This document shows, one piece after another, positions 16,780-25,392 of a stretch of 33,438 bases of DNA. The notes below the pieces were generated by a model. That model made no database searches, had not been told where the DNA came from, and was given only the letters and a program-made list of their open reading frames with translations. Position numbers and translations under genes: made by a program. Numbering within the stretch: position 1 is the stretch's first letter; every line of letters starts with the position of its first letter. Source of the DNA: a virus (Duplodnaviria; Caudoviricetes); the IMG/VR virus record IMGVR_UViG_3300027771_000050, positions 1-33,438 of that record; one strand, given 5' to 3'.

Positions 16780-18444
16780 TTAATCCATGTAGAAGCTGAA
16801 CTTCTTTGGCTTTTCCTGTTGCAGTATTGCACGACCGATAGCCATAATCATTGCTACCACAGGGTCAATCTTGAGTGCAGGGTCAGGCCCCTTGCGAACC
16901 TTGATGTTCTCGTTAGCGTCTGTGTAGACTTCCGCGTTGTTGAAGCACCAAGAGAAGAATGGATCCCCTAAGTGCTGGATAGCCCTATTGCGAATGACGA
17001 CCTCAGCTTCTTTAGATGCTGGTGACATAGCCTTCATGCTCTGGTCAAAGCGTACCATTGGCAAACCAGCATCAGTCAGCCGTGATGTTAGGTGGACAGC
17101 AGACCAACTATCGAATGCCACCTCCTTGACCTGCTCACGTTCTGCAAGTTCCAACAGGTAGTCATAGACTGCATCATGGTCAGCTACGTTGCCCTCAGTG
17201 ACCCTCAAGGCCCCACTCTCAGCTGCCATGTCATAGACTGACCTGACGTGCTTAGGGCAGGACTTGAATGCCTCCTCAGGTACCCATGCTTGGAAGTTGA
17301 CGTAGAACTGACCACCAGAGGCCCAGAGAAGGGCAACAGCAGTGAGGTCTGACGTTGCCCCTAAGTCCATGCCTACGTAAAGCGGGAGGCCCTCAGTTGG
17401 TAGCTCAGAGGTTGTGCAAGCGTTCCACAAAGCCACATCCATCCAAGCCTCAGCAGTGCTAAGGAACTGGTTGCAATACTTGACCTTGAAGTTCACAGCT
17501 TTGCTAGGGATGTTCTCGGCTTCCTTCATCTCCTCCATGAGGAACTCAAGGGAGACGCTTAGGCCTAGGTTAGGGTTAGCTTTGATCCAGACTTCCGGAT
17601 CGTTCCACTCGTCACCTTCCTCTAGCTGATAGGCTAGGGTAAAGACGCGCTCGTCATCCACTAGGCCCTCAAGCACCTTCTTACCGTAGTCCAAAGACTT
17701 CATGAAGGGGTTGCTCTCAGCGCCCGTCTGACCTGTTGTGATCATCCAAGTCTGTGGTGATAGCTGTGACCCCATAGAGGACGTAACAACATCAAACAGG
17801 TTTTCGTCACGAATAGCAGCAGCCTCATCGATGATAGCCAAACGAATGTTTAGACCATCGAGGCGCTTGCTCTCCTTTGACAGAGGCCAGTAGCGTGTCC
17901 AATTAGCCTTGTTAGACATAGCCGATACTGTACGGTTGTAGCTGGGTATCAAGCGTTGATCTGATGTCTCAGCCATTCGACCTGACATGTTCCAGACCAG
18001 CTTAGCCTGTTCCTTTTGTGTAGCCATAGTGACTAGCTGAGATCCTTCAGGACCAAAGCGTAGCTCATAGAGACCCACAAGGGCCAACACTGTAGACTTA
18101 GCATTCTTACGACCAACCAAAGAGATCAAGCGTGTGTAGCGTCTGATGCCATCGTTGAGCTTGTCCACCCAGCCGTAAGCATTAGCTATCAAGAATGCCT
18201 GCCAAGGGGATAGCTCAACCTGTTGGCCTGCTACCGTGCCTTCGACGTACTTGAACAGCTGCATAAACCCTAGGGCATGATCTGATAGCTCATTAGAGAA
18301 CTCCCAGCGGAAGCCCTCAGTGTGTTGGTTAGTGTTTAGGTCGTTGAGGAACGACTGGCACTGAAGCCTGATGTATTTGTTAGCTAAGATCGTCCCATCT
18401 GTTACGTCTGTAGCGTATTGGATTGCATCTGATGTCAGTGCCAT
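16780..18444 (-). CDS. terL: Terminase large subunit (HK97/Terminase_1 type)
   Basis: LSPWQ, Walker A GRKNAKS, Walker B IIDE, KANPNLG, GMDLG and KIDPVVA motifs. Confidence 0.95.
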   Translation of the reverse strand: MALTSDAIQYATDVTDGTILANKYIRLQCQSFLNDLNTNQHTEGFRWEFSNELSDHALGFMQLFKYVEGTVAGQQVELSPWQAFLIANAYGWVDKLNDGIRRYTRLISLVGRKNAKSTVLALVGLYELRFGPEGSQLVTMATQKEQAKLVWNMSGRMAETSDQRLIPSYNRTVSAMSNKANWTRYWPLSKESKRLDGLNIRLAIIDEAAAIRDENLFDVVTSSMGSQLSPQTWMITTGQTGAESNPFMKSLDYGKKVLEGLVDDERVFTLAYQLEEGDEWNDPEVWIKANPNLGLSVSLEFLMEEMKEAENIPSKAVNFKVKYCNQFLSTAEAWMDVALWNACTTSELPTEGLPLYVGMDLGATSDLTAVALLWASGGQFYVNFQAWVPEEAFKSCPKHVRSVYDMAAESGALRVTEGNVADHDAVYDYLLELAEREQVKEVAFDSWSAVHLTSRLTDAGLPMVRFDQSMKAMSPASKEAEVVIRNRAIQHLGDPFFSWCFNNAEVYTDANENIKVRKGPDPALKIDPVVAMIMAIGRAILQQEKPKKFSFYMD

Positions 18445-18453
18445 ATTGTTTCC

Positions 18454-19215
18454 TTATGTTTTATATAGTGCCTCTAATTGCTTCATTGAGACCATCTGTA
18501 GATCGTACTGACCATCGCTGACCAGACGCTTAACGGCAACACCACGCCAATAGTTACGTGCACTGGTGCCTGCGTAAGCATCATTATTCTTGCCCTTGAA
18601 AGAGCCAGCAACTAAGCCGTGCAGTCGCTTGCCTGAGCTAGTGACGTGTGTGCTGTAGTCGAGGAAGTGCGAGTGGCCCACAGTAGCTGACTGATGGCCT
18701 TTGACCAGCAGAGAGCGAGCGTGGTTGTCACCACTGATAGGACGACCCATAGCACCTGATGTGAGGTAGTGCGCGTAAGTGATGCCGTCGATGTCGATAG
18801 TACCAGCAGCAGCGCCCTCATAGTCAACCACGTCATCAAAGCGATGCTCTAGCTGTAGGTGGCCCATTGAGATACCGAACTTGTCGCCTTGCATCTCTGG
18901 TGCTTGTTCTACAGCCCGTGTGATACGGTACTCATGGTTCCCTACGCAGAACACCTTACGGATGTTCTTAGGCACCTTGTGGAACGTGCGGTCAAAGCTC
19001 TCAACAGCACAGTTGACGTCAGCTTCATATGATGCCCCGTGGAACGATCCCTTGCCTTTGTCAAAGCTGTTGAGCGAGTGCATATCAGCAGCGTCACCGA
19101 TGTTGATGATGACGTCAGGCTTTAGGTCCTTGATGAACTGGTTGAGCAGATCAAATCGATATAAGTCTTCAGAGGGCTTAGCGTGGCCGTCTGGAATTAC
19201 TAAGTGTGTTGTCAT
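18454..19215 (-). CDS. Calcineurin-like metallophosphoesterase
   Basis: D-x-H (PDGH), GD-x-x-D, GNHE and GHSH motifs. Confidence 0.9.
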   Translation of the reverse strand: MTTHLVIPDGHAKPSEDLYRFDLLNQFIKDLKPDVIINIGDAADMHSLNSFDKGKGSFHGASYEADVNCAVESFDRTFHKVPKNIRKVFCVGNHEYRITRAVEQAPEMQGDKFGISMGHLQLEHRFDDVVDYEGAAAGTIDIDGITYAHYLTSGAMGRPISGDNHARSLLVKGHQSATVGHSHFLDYSTHVTSSGKRLHGLVAGSFKGKNNDAYAGTSARNYWRGVAVKRLVSDGQYDLQMVSMKQLEALYKT

Positions 19216-19223
19216 GTTGTTTC

Positions 19224-19379
19224 CTATGTGTAGAGGCAGACGGCATGGTCCCAGTCTGCAAGGGTTTGTGCGAAGTCGCCTAGCTCAATGACCTCCTCAA
19301 GCGTTAGGCCTGCTTGGAGTGCATGTTCTAGCGTTGCCATAGTGTAGTCTATTGGTTGGAACTCTGGTTTCTCTTTCAT
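19224..19379 (-). CDS. Small acidic hypothetical protein (51 aa)
   Basis: Not in the ORF track. AGGAG SD; reads MKEKPEFQPIDYTMATLEHALQAGLTLEEVIELGDFAQTLADWDHAVCLYT. Confidence 0.7.
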   Translation of the reverse strand: MKEKPEFQPIDYTMATLEHALQAGLTLEEVIELGDFAQTLADWDHAVCLYT

Positions 19380-19398
19380 GTTGTCTCCTGTGTGGGTA

Positions 19399-19418
19399 GG
19401 CAGGCCCGAAGGCCTACC
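19399..19418 (-). other. Stable cUUCGg tetraloop hairpin
   Basis: GGTAGGCC-TTCG-GGCCTGCC with no U-tract, just 5' of an SD. Confidence 0.65.
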
Positions 19419-19483
19419 GACTGTTTTATGTAAAGATACTAACTAATGTAAAGTCAGGGGCTGTAGCTGTGTTAGTGGTGTTG

Positions 19484-19726
19484 TCATTGCAGCCCCCCTT
19501 GGACTATGAACGCCACAACAGCACTAGCAAATAGTGTCATTACGACCTTCATGAACCACTTGAAGTAGTCCTTAATCTCATTGACGTCATGCTTGTTCTC
19601 TACAACGTCCTTGTGCAGTAAGCGGTGCCGTAGATCTAGGTCGGTGTGAGCGCCCTCTAGGTCGTAGAGGCGGGTAATATGGGTGTCTAGGTCGTCTGAG
19701 ACCTCTTTGACTGTACGTCTAGCCAT
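19484..19726 (-). CDS. Coiled-coil protein with C-terminal TM helix (lysis accessory or holin-like)
   Basis: Heptad-like N-terminal region plus a hydrophobic C-terminus; sits in the lysis cluster. Confidence 0.55.
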   Translation of the reverse strand: MARRTVKEVSDDLDTHITRLYDLEGAHTDLDLRHRLLHKDVVENKHDVNEIKDYFKWFMKVVMTLFASAVVAFIVQGGLQ

Positions 19727-19746
19727 AAGAGGCCTCCTTGTTTGAG

Positions 19747-20103
19747 TTATTTCTTAGTGAGGCCTCTTGTGATGAAGTAGGCCCCGAATACGATCATCTG
19801 CAACTGCCAGTATTGGTCTGACAGCACATCTGTAGTGCCAAAGCCGAACACCTTGTCCCAGACGATCACTTTGAAGTTGTAGATCACGAATGGGAGAGCG
19901 AACAATGGACGGATCCACCGTGTAGCCCGGTTAGCTTGCTCAGCAATAAGGACTTCCTGACGTGCTTCTAGCTGATGAATAGCTACATCTGCTTGGATGC
20001 GCTGTTGGTCAGTTGTAGCGTTAGCCTGAAGGGTCTTAGCAGCCATTAGGTCTGTAGCGACCTTAGCAAGCGGATTGATTAGCGAAAGCAGTAATGCCAG
20101 CAT
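19747..20103 (-). CDS. Putative holin (3TM / GTA-holin-like)
   Basis: RWIRP motif, two C-terminal hydrophobic segments and a GAYF..R..KK end; follows the endolysin. Confidence 0.65.
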   Translation of the reverse strand: MLALLLSLINPLAKVATDLMAAKTLQANATTDQQRIQADVAIHQLEARQEVLIAEQANRATRWIRPLFALPFVIYNFKVIVWDKVFGFGTTDVLSDQYWQLQMIVFGAYFITRGLTKK

Positions 20104-20105
20104 AA

Positions 20106-20633
20106 TTAGCTCCTGTTCTTGAATAGGGCCGCTAGAAGGGCCATGAGAGCCGCTAGGAGGCCACCTGTGGGGCCTTGAGGGCCTGTTAGGGTAGTGACAC
20201 TAGGCTCAGAGATAAATAGCTCTCGTTCAGCCTCTCTGCGACGTGTTAGGCCCTTGAGGACCTTCTTGCCTTGCTTGTCCCACCGAAGCAACTCATTAGC
20301 TGCATCAGAATAGCGCCCTGCGTTGATACGCTTGAGCAATGTTGAGCTACGAAAGTTAGTAGCGCCTAGGTTATAGACGAAGCTACACAAAGCATCATAT
20401 TGGGGCTGTGTGAGGGCCACTTTGACCTCCTTGTTCACAGCTTTCTCAACCCAAGCTAGATCATGCACCAATAGGGCACCAGCGCCAGCCTTAGTGATGA
20501 CCATGCCCAGCTTAGCAGTCTTTGTGTGACCATAGCCAATAGTAGGCACATCATTAGGCGTGGGCATGTACGCTTGTAGGCGTAGGCCCTCGAATGTCTT
20601 GATCAGGTCAAGCCCTCGCTTACTGATTTTCAT
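20106..20633 (-). CDS. Endolysin, GH24 lysozyme
   Basis: FEG..AY...D.PTIGYGHT catalytic motif, SFVYNLG and GLTRRREAE. ATGA overlap with the upstream stop. Confidence 0.95.
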   Translation of the reverse strand: MKISKRGLDLIKTFEGLRLQAYMPTPNDVPTIGYGHTKTAKLGMVITKAGAGALLVHDLAWVEKAVNKEVKVALTQPQYDALCSFVYNLGATNFRSSTLLKRINAGRYSDAANELLRWDKQGKKVLKGLTRRREAERELFISEPSVTTLTGPQGPTGGLLAALMALLAALFKNRS

Positions 20634-20896
20634 GATAAGCCCCATTGTGCTACAAGGCGGGCCTCAACAGCGTCTTGGAAGCTATCATAGGTGCCTAGGT
20701 TAGTTTGTACGCCATTGCGTGTGATGTCTGCGCGCCACCCGTGTGTGACCTTAGAGACGCCCCTGATGCCTGTAGTGTTAGTAGAGGCTACTGGTGGGGT
20801 CTTCATGAGGAACTCAGGCACGCGTGTGGTTGTGGTGAAGCCGAACTTGTAGACCTCATGTGTGCGTGGGTTGTCTGTGACGAATAGGTTGTTCAT
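20630..20896 (-). CDS. Stand-alone AP2-like DNA-binding domain protein
   Basis: NTTGIRGVS...WRADI...G....LGTY.S...AVEAR, the AP2 pattern of HNH-AP2 endonucleases; no HNH part. Confidence 0.7.
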   Translation of the reverse strand: MNNLFVTDNPRTHEVYKFGFTTTTRVPEFLMKTPPVASTNTTGIRGVSKVTHGWRADITRNGVQTNLGTYDSFQDAVEARLVAQWGLS

Positions 20897-20935
20897 TGTG
20901 TTATCCTTGTGTTGTGTGTGTGTGTACCTAGGTGA

Positions 20936-21439
20936 TCACTTGACCAACCTAGGCTTAGCATTGAGGAAGTCGGCAATAGGGTCAGCAACCTCATATGGGT
21001 CAGTGTCCTTAGTGCGGTCATTCTTAGCGCGTGTGGATGGCGTCAGTGAGTACTCACCCAGCATGATACGCATCTCCTTCTGTAGCTCAATCATTAGTGT
21101 GATGGCCAGCTTACTACCAACCCTGGCAGCCACACCCTCATCACCATAGACCTGTGCCGCCTGTACGTAGGCATCGTATAGATCCACGATCTGACTGATG
21201 TAGAGACTGTCGACCTCACCTGATGTCAGGCCCTCATCGTACAGTAGTTTGCTGAAGCGTTCGAACAGCTCAGCCTTGTCTGTTGTGTAGTTGTTCGTGA
21301 TGTACTGCTCAGGCTTAACCTTCACTGCATTCTTTTGCTCGATACCATCGTGCCGACCGGCGCGGTAGGTGCCATTGAGCTTGTGTTCTGCTACGGATTT
21401 CTTACCGTTGCCGCCTGAGCGTCCCTTGACACCTGCCAT
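20936..21439 (-). CDS. terS: Terminase small subunit (P27 family)
   Basis: MAGVKGRSG, KLNGTYR..RH and LTPSTRAK motifs. Confidence 0.85.
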   Translation of the reverse strand: MAGVKGRSGGNGKKSVAEHKLNGTYRAGRHDGIEQKNAVKVKPEQYITNNYTTDKAELFERFSKLLYDEGLTSGEVDSLYISQIVDLYDAYVQAAQVYGDEGVAARVGSKLAITLMIELQKEMRIMLGEYSLTPSTRAKNDRTKDTDPYEVADPIADFLNAKPRLVK

Positions 21440-21553
21440 TTGTAGTCCTCTCTGATGTTTTTAATAAACTTGGGTATTTACGGGCAGCATGCCCCAAAGG
21501 TAATTTTTTGCACGCCATGGAATGGAGTAACGATGCTTCAATAACGCTTGCGT
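21440..21553. other. Probable cos (packaging) region
   Basis: Non-coding gap between HNH and terS, as in HK97-like phages; dyad GGGCA-GCA-TGCCC at 21482-21494. Confidence 0.5.
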
Positions 21554-21955
21554 TTAAGCAACATTGTTACGGAAGTCATGGAACGTGCCCTTGAGTTCTT
21601 CCCGGGTCTTCCAGCTGTGGCACGATCTGCACAGTGACTGCAGGTTATTAGCATCCCACATCAGCCGCACGTTACCTGTGTGTGGTATCACGTGGTCGCA
21701 GTCGCTGGCTATGGTTACCAGGTCAAAGCCCAGACACCGTTGGCATAGTGGCGCCTTCGATAGCTGAGCTCCCCTGACTTTCCTCCACCTTGCGGTGCTG
21801 TAAGCCTTAGACCTGCTGAGATTACCACGATCATGTGGATCTTTGGCCTCTGTTGGTCTGTGCGTAGCCTGCCTCTTGTCCAAGCAGTTGTCGTCACTAC
21901 ACGATAGAGCAGCGCACCCAGCCCTTGTGCAGGCTCTTGGTGAACTAGATGGCAT
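21554..21955 (-). CDS. Packaging-associated HNH endonuclease (HK97 gp74-like)
   Basis: Y.TARWRKVR, PLCQRC, DHVIPH and NLQSLCRSCHSWKT motifs. Start MPSSSP after a GAGGT SD. Confidence 0.9.
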   Translation of the reverse strand: MPSSSPRACTRAGCAALSCSDDNCLDKRQATHRPTEAKDPHDRGNLSRSKAYSTARWRKVRGAQLSKAPLCQRCLGFDLVTIASDCDHVIPHTGNVRLMWDANNLQSLCRSCHSWKTREELKGTFHDFRNNVA

Positions 21956-21957
21956 GA

Positions 21958-22362
21958 TCACCTCTCTTTCATCCACTCGACCGGGATCAACCAGTCGGCG
22001 TATAGGAACCCATGACGCTCGCACCAACCTCCGTAGGTCTGTGTGGATGTCTTGGATAGCCTCGTGTTGCTGTTGTTAAATACGAAACGGATGTCTAACT
22101 CAGGGTGCTGTGCCTTAACCAACAGATGCTTTGATCTATCACTAGAAATGAAGCGGCCCTTTGTTTCGATTATGATACCGTTCGAAAGTCTAAAGTCTGG
22201 TGTGTACGTCCGCGGCTTGGCCGTGAACTTGATCTTGAACTTTTCATATTCATAGTCTACGTTGTACCCCTCTAGATGTTTAGCGTTGTCTTGCTCAAGG
22301 CCAGATCGATAGCCAGCCTTGAGTGCCGATTGTCTTAGCTTCGAACGCTTGGCGGCTGCCAT
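21958..22362 (-). CDS. T7 gp3-like endonuclease I (Holliday junction resolvase)
   Basis: YRSGLE, YTPDF, IETKGRF and LDIRFVF motifs. Confidence 0.95.
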   Translation of the reverse strand: MAAAKRSKLRQSALKAGYRSGLEQDNAKHLEGYNVDYEYEKFKIKFTAKPRTYTPDFRLSNGIIIETKGRFISSDRSKHLLVKAQHPELDIRFVFNNSNTRLSKTSTQTYGGWCERHGFLYADWLIPVEWMKER

Positions 22363-23027
22363 ACTTGGCCCTCCTCACGTCGTAGCCATAGAAGTCTTGC
22401 GTTTTCTATAACCTTCTCCTCGTTGTAATCATAGGCGTCGAGGCAGATGCCAAACAAGTCCTGCTCTGATGTAGCATGAGCAAGCAGCTTGCCAGCTTTC
22501 ACTGGACCAACACCCTTGATGCCGAAGATGTTATCAGCCTTGTCACCCATCAAAATCTGGGTGTAGAAGAACTGTAGTCCCTCGAATAGGTCAACGCTTA
22601 CCAGCGTGTCACGGTTCAGGTTGTAGTGCCAGCAAGGAACCTGCAGGAAGTCTTTGTCGATAGAGGCGATGATAGCATTCGGCCCCAGCGCTGTGGCTCG
22701 GGTGGCGATGTCGTCATCTGCTTCTTGGTCGACTGAGACCTTTGCGTTGTAGGCTTCCACTAAATAATCACGGAGGCCAGGCAGATGCTCAGGCTTAGGT
22801 TTGCCCGAACGGTTCTGCTTGTAGGTCTCTTGGATGTCGTAGCGGAAGTTGCCCTTACCTGTGATGAACATCTCGTAGTTCTCGGAGAAGAGGTCGAAGG
22901 ATGTCGCCGCCATAATGTCTTCCACCATGACGTCAATCTTGTCGCAAGCATCCCCTAGCGGTTGCCCCTCGCAAGAGAAGGCAGCACGATAGGTTAAGAT
23001 GTCACCATCTATCAGGACTTTCGTCAT
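22335..23027 (-). CDS. T7 gp6-like 5'-3' exonuclease
   Basis: LIDGD, YKQNR, EADD, DKDFLQ and GDKADNIFGIKGVG motifs. Confidence 0.92.
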   Translation of the reverse strand: MTKVLIDGDILTYRAAFSCEGQPLGDACDKIDVMVEDIMAATSFDLFSENYEMFITGKGNFRYDIQETYKQNRSGKPKPEHLPGLRDYLVEAYNAKVSVDQEADDDIATRATALGPNAIIASIDKDFLQVPCWHYNLNRDTLVSVDLFEGLQFFYTQILMGDKADNIFGIKGVGPVKAGKLLAHATSEQDLFGICLDAYDYNEEKVIENARLLWLRREEGQVWQPPSVRS

Positions 23028-23533
23028 TAGAACGTGTCCATGTCTACAGATGAACCACCACCACCGGTGAACTCGACGAGCTCGCGGACAGCGATCTTCT
23101 CCAAACGTTGGATTGACTTCTTACCGTCAGCCCAGACGGATACCTTGACGGTAACTTTGGAGCCATTACCGACTTCGCCGTCGTCTGTCATAGACCACTT
23201 CTTCAGGCTCTCGCCCTCACGGAAGTCAAAGACTGTAGGTGAACCACCCCACTCGGAAGCGAAGGCGTGGACGTTAGGACGCTTGAGCTTCAGGAACTTG
23301 CCTGTGCCAAGGGTCTCATTGCCGATCTTGATTGTGTCGTGGCCCATTGAGGACACGGGCGCACCAGCCTGGAAGAAAGCTTCGAAGCCATCTGTGGTCT
23401 CAGGATAGAAGTTGACGTTGTACTGTCCCTGTGTTTTCTCATGGTATTCGTTGTCGTCCATGTTCTCTGGGAAGATCCGCGCGTATTCTACGAACCCTGT
23501 CATCGAGACGATTGTTGTTGTACCTTTAGCCAT
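23027..23533 (-). CDS. Single-stranded DNA-binding protein (gp2.5-like)
   Basis: VGNGSKVTVK motif, acidic tail ending in Phe, located in the replication block. Confidence 0.65.
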   Translation of the reverse strand: MAKGTTTIVSMTGFVEYARIFPENMDDNEYHEKTQGQYNVNFYPETTDGFEAFFQAGAPVSSMGHDTIKIGNETLGTGKFLKLKRPNVHAFASEWGGSPTVFDFREGESLKKWSMTDDGEVGNGSKVTVKVSVWADGKKSIQRLEKIAVRELVEFTGGGGSSVDMDTF

Positions 23534-25380
23534 TAGTGTATCTCCGCATAATTATTGCCCACTGCGTAGTCTACGTCAAGTGGAACATTGAGTTTCATTT
23601 TATCGTTGAGCTTGCCCTTGCAATCAAGAAGCACACGCTCTGTTCTTTCGTAGTCATCAGTAGCCACGATGATTTCATCATGGAACTGGCCGATGACTTT
23701 CTCACCCGCAGCCTTAACCAGCATAACGAACTGGTCAAAGCAGTAGACACCGGTGCTTTGGTTTGTGGTTGACCAACGATCTTTTTCAGAACGCAGGCTG
23801 TGCCAGAAGCCAGAGACCTCGTTTAGGATCCATGCTTCGCCGTTTATCTCTCGTACCTTTCTTGTTTCTGCTATCTTCTCGACGGCCCAGTTGCGGCCCC
23901 AGTACGCTTTGATGAGTGCCTGGGCAGCTGTGGTCTTTAGGCCAGTTGTTCGCGATAGAGTGGATGCACCAACGCCATAGACACAGGAGTAGTTGGCGGC
24001 CTTGTAGCCTTTACGGATTGCGCCAAGGTTGATCTCACCTGCATTGTGCTGGTCAATCTGTTCTTGGGTTACCGCGCCTGCGTGCTTAGCAAGATCCAGG
24101 TGTGGGTCGAAACCCTTGATCTGCATCTCTGCAACGTAAGCAGGGTCGATGGGTTGCATGTAGTGTCGTTTGGTCGTGTCCTCTAGGGATACCATATCAC
24201 AACCAACCAGCTGCTCATCCTCTGGTGCTATCAGGCAGCCACGTAGTTCTTTGCCCCAGGGCTTGTCAACCGCGGGTAGGTTTACTAGTGGCTTACGATG
24301 CTTGAAGCGGAAGGTATTTGTTAGTCCTGCGATACCAGCTGACAACCAGCCATCAACTTCGCATTCCAGATAGGCATTGACAGCACTGAGCCTGTGGCTA
24401 GTGACTGTTAGGTTCTCTAGTAGCTTAATCGAAGGCGCAACTTCAGCGAGCTTCAGGACGCTTGGGCACAGCTCAGAGCCATCCCGTAGTTGTGGGATCT
24501 TACGCTCTTCACCGAAGTTCTCACCACGAACATATTTGAATGTCTGTGGCTTCCAACCGAGATCATAGAGCCAGTCTTTGACCTGAGTGTGGCTGCTAGG
24601 GTTACCAACCTCGTTCTTGACCAACACAGTGATAGGCTGATTGGTTGATGCTGGTAGGTAGTTCTCGCGCAGCACTTGTTGCCACTTGAGATTAGCGACC
24701 GATGGATTGCCGTCCTTCTTGAACAAGCGCTCCGCTGCTGGTGGCCTTACGACCTTGCACAGCGGCACCTCGGGCATTGCAACTGCAAGCTGTTGGTGTG
24801 CGCTTTCCTTCATCTGTTGTAGTGTTGCTTGTAGCTCTTGGGCTTTAGGCACGTCTAAGCGCCAGCCGTAGACCTCTTGATCCCGTGCGCATTGCATCTT
24901 GAATGCCAGGTAGTCAGTCAGACGCTTGGCTTCACCATCTTCACGGTAGAGCCGGTTGAGCTTACGCTCTAGGAGCGACAGTACCTCGAGGTTGATCTTG
25001 ACGTCTTCCTCACACCTGTGCTTGTAGTCTTCATAGGACAGTGTGTCCCAATCAACGATAGGTGGCTTAGGAACGCCCACTGTGACGCCCCAGTCTCCTA
25101 GGCCGTGACGAATGCGCTTTGGTTCTAAGTACCACGACAGCGGTAGGGTGTCGATGATGTCAGCATCTGTGTAGATGTCGAACATCTGTAGAGCTGGTAG
25201 GTCGAAGGCTACGATGTTGTGGCCCACGATAGTTGTTGCTTTGTGCAAGACCTCCTGGATAGTGCTGAGGTCACTGGTGCTATGTACTACACCAGAACCA
25301 ACCACCGACCACGAGAAGACGTGGATCTTAGTCAGCTTGTTGAGTAGCCCGTCGCTCTCTAGGTCGAATACGATTTTCAT
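23533..25380 (-). CDS. Family A DNA polymerase with 3'-5' exonuclease
   Basis: Exonuclease FDLE and GHNIVAFD; motif A GCDMVSLE; motif B RKGYKAANY (Tyr at the 762-equivalent site); motif C FHDE. Confidence 0.95.
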   Translation of the reverse strand: MKIVFDLESDGLLNKLTKIHVFSWSVVGSGVVHSTSDLSTIQEVLHKATTIVGHNIVAFDLPALQMFDIYTDADIIDTLPLSWYLEPKRIRHGLGDWGVTVGVPKPPIVDWDTLSYEDYKHRCEEDVKINLEVLSLLERKLNRLYREDGEAKRLTDYLAFKMQCARDQEVYGWRLDVPKAQELQATLQQMKESAHQQLAVAMPEVPLCKVVRPPAAERLFKKDGNPSVANLKWQQVLRENYLPASTNQPITVLVKNEVGNPSSHTQVKDWLYDLGWKPQTFKYVRGENFGEERKIPQLRDGSELCPSVLKLAEVAPSIKLLENLTVTSHRLSAVNAYLECEVDGWLSAGIAGLTNTFRFKHRKPLVNLPAVDKPWGKELRGCLIAPEDEQLVGCDMVSLEDTTKRHYMQPIDPAYVAEMQIKGFDPHLDLAKHAGAVTQEQIDQHNAGEINLGAIRKGYKAANYSCVYGVGASTLSRTTGLKTTAAQALIKAYWGRNWAVEKIAETRKVREINGEAWILNEVSGFWHSLRSEKDRWSTTNQSTGVYCFDQFVMLVKAAGEKVIGQFHDEIIVATDDYERTERVLLDCKGKLNDKMKLNVPLDVDYAVGNNYAEIH

Positions 25381-25392
25381 GTTGTCTGTTCC

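Noticed and set aside
19470-19486. CACCACTAAC (and CACCACTAAG in portal) as further phage promoters
   Set aside because: Only an 8-nt match, with no TATA-G start and no AT-rich -17 region.
21554-21955. HNH as a mobile homing endonuclease
   Set aside because: Its motifs and position next to cos and terS fit the packaging cofactor class.
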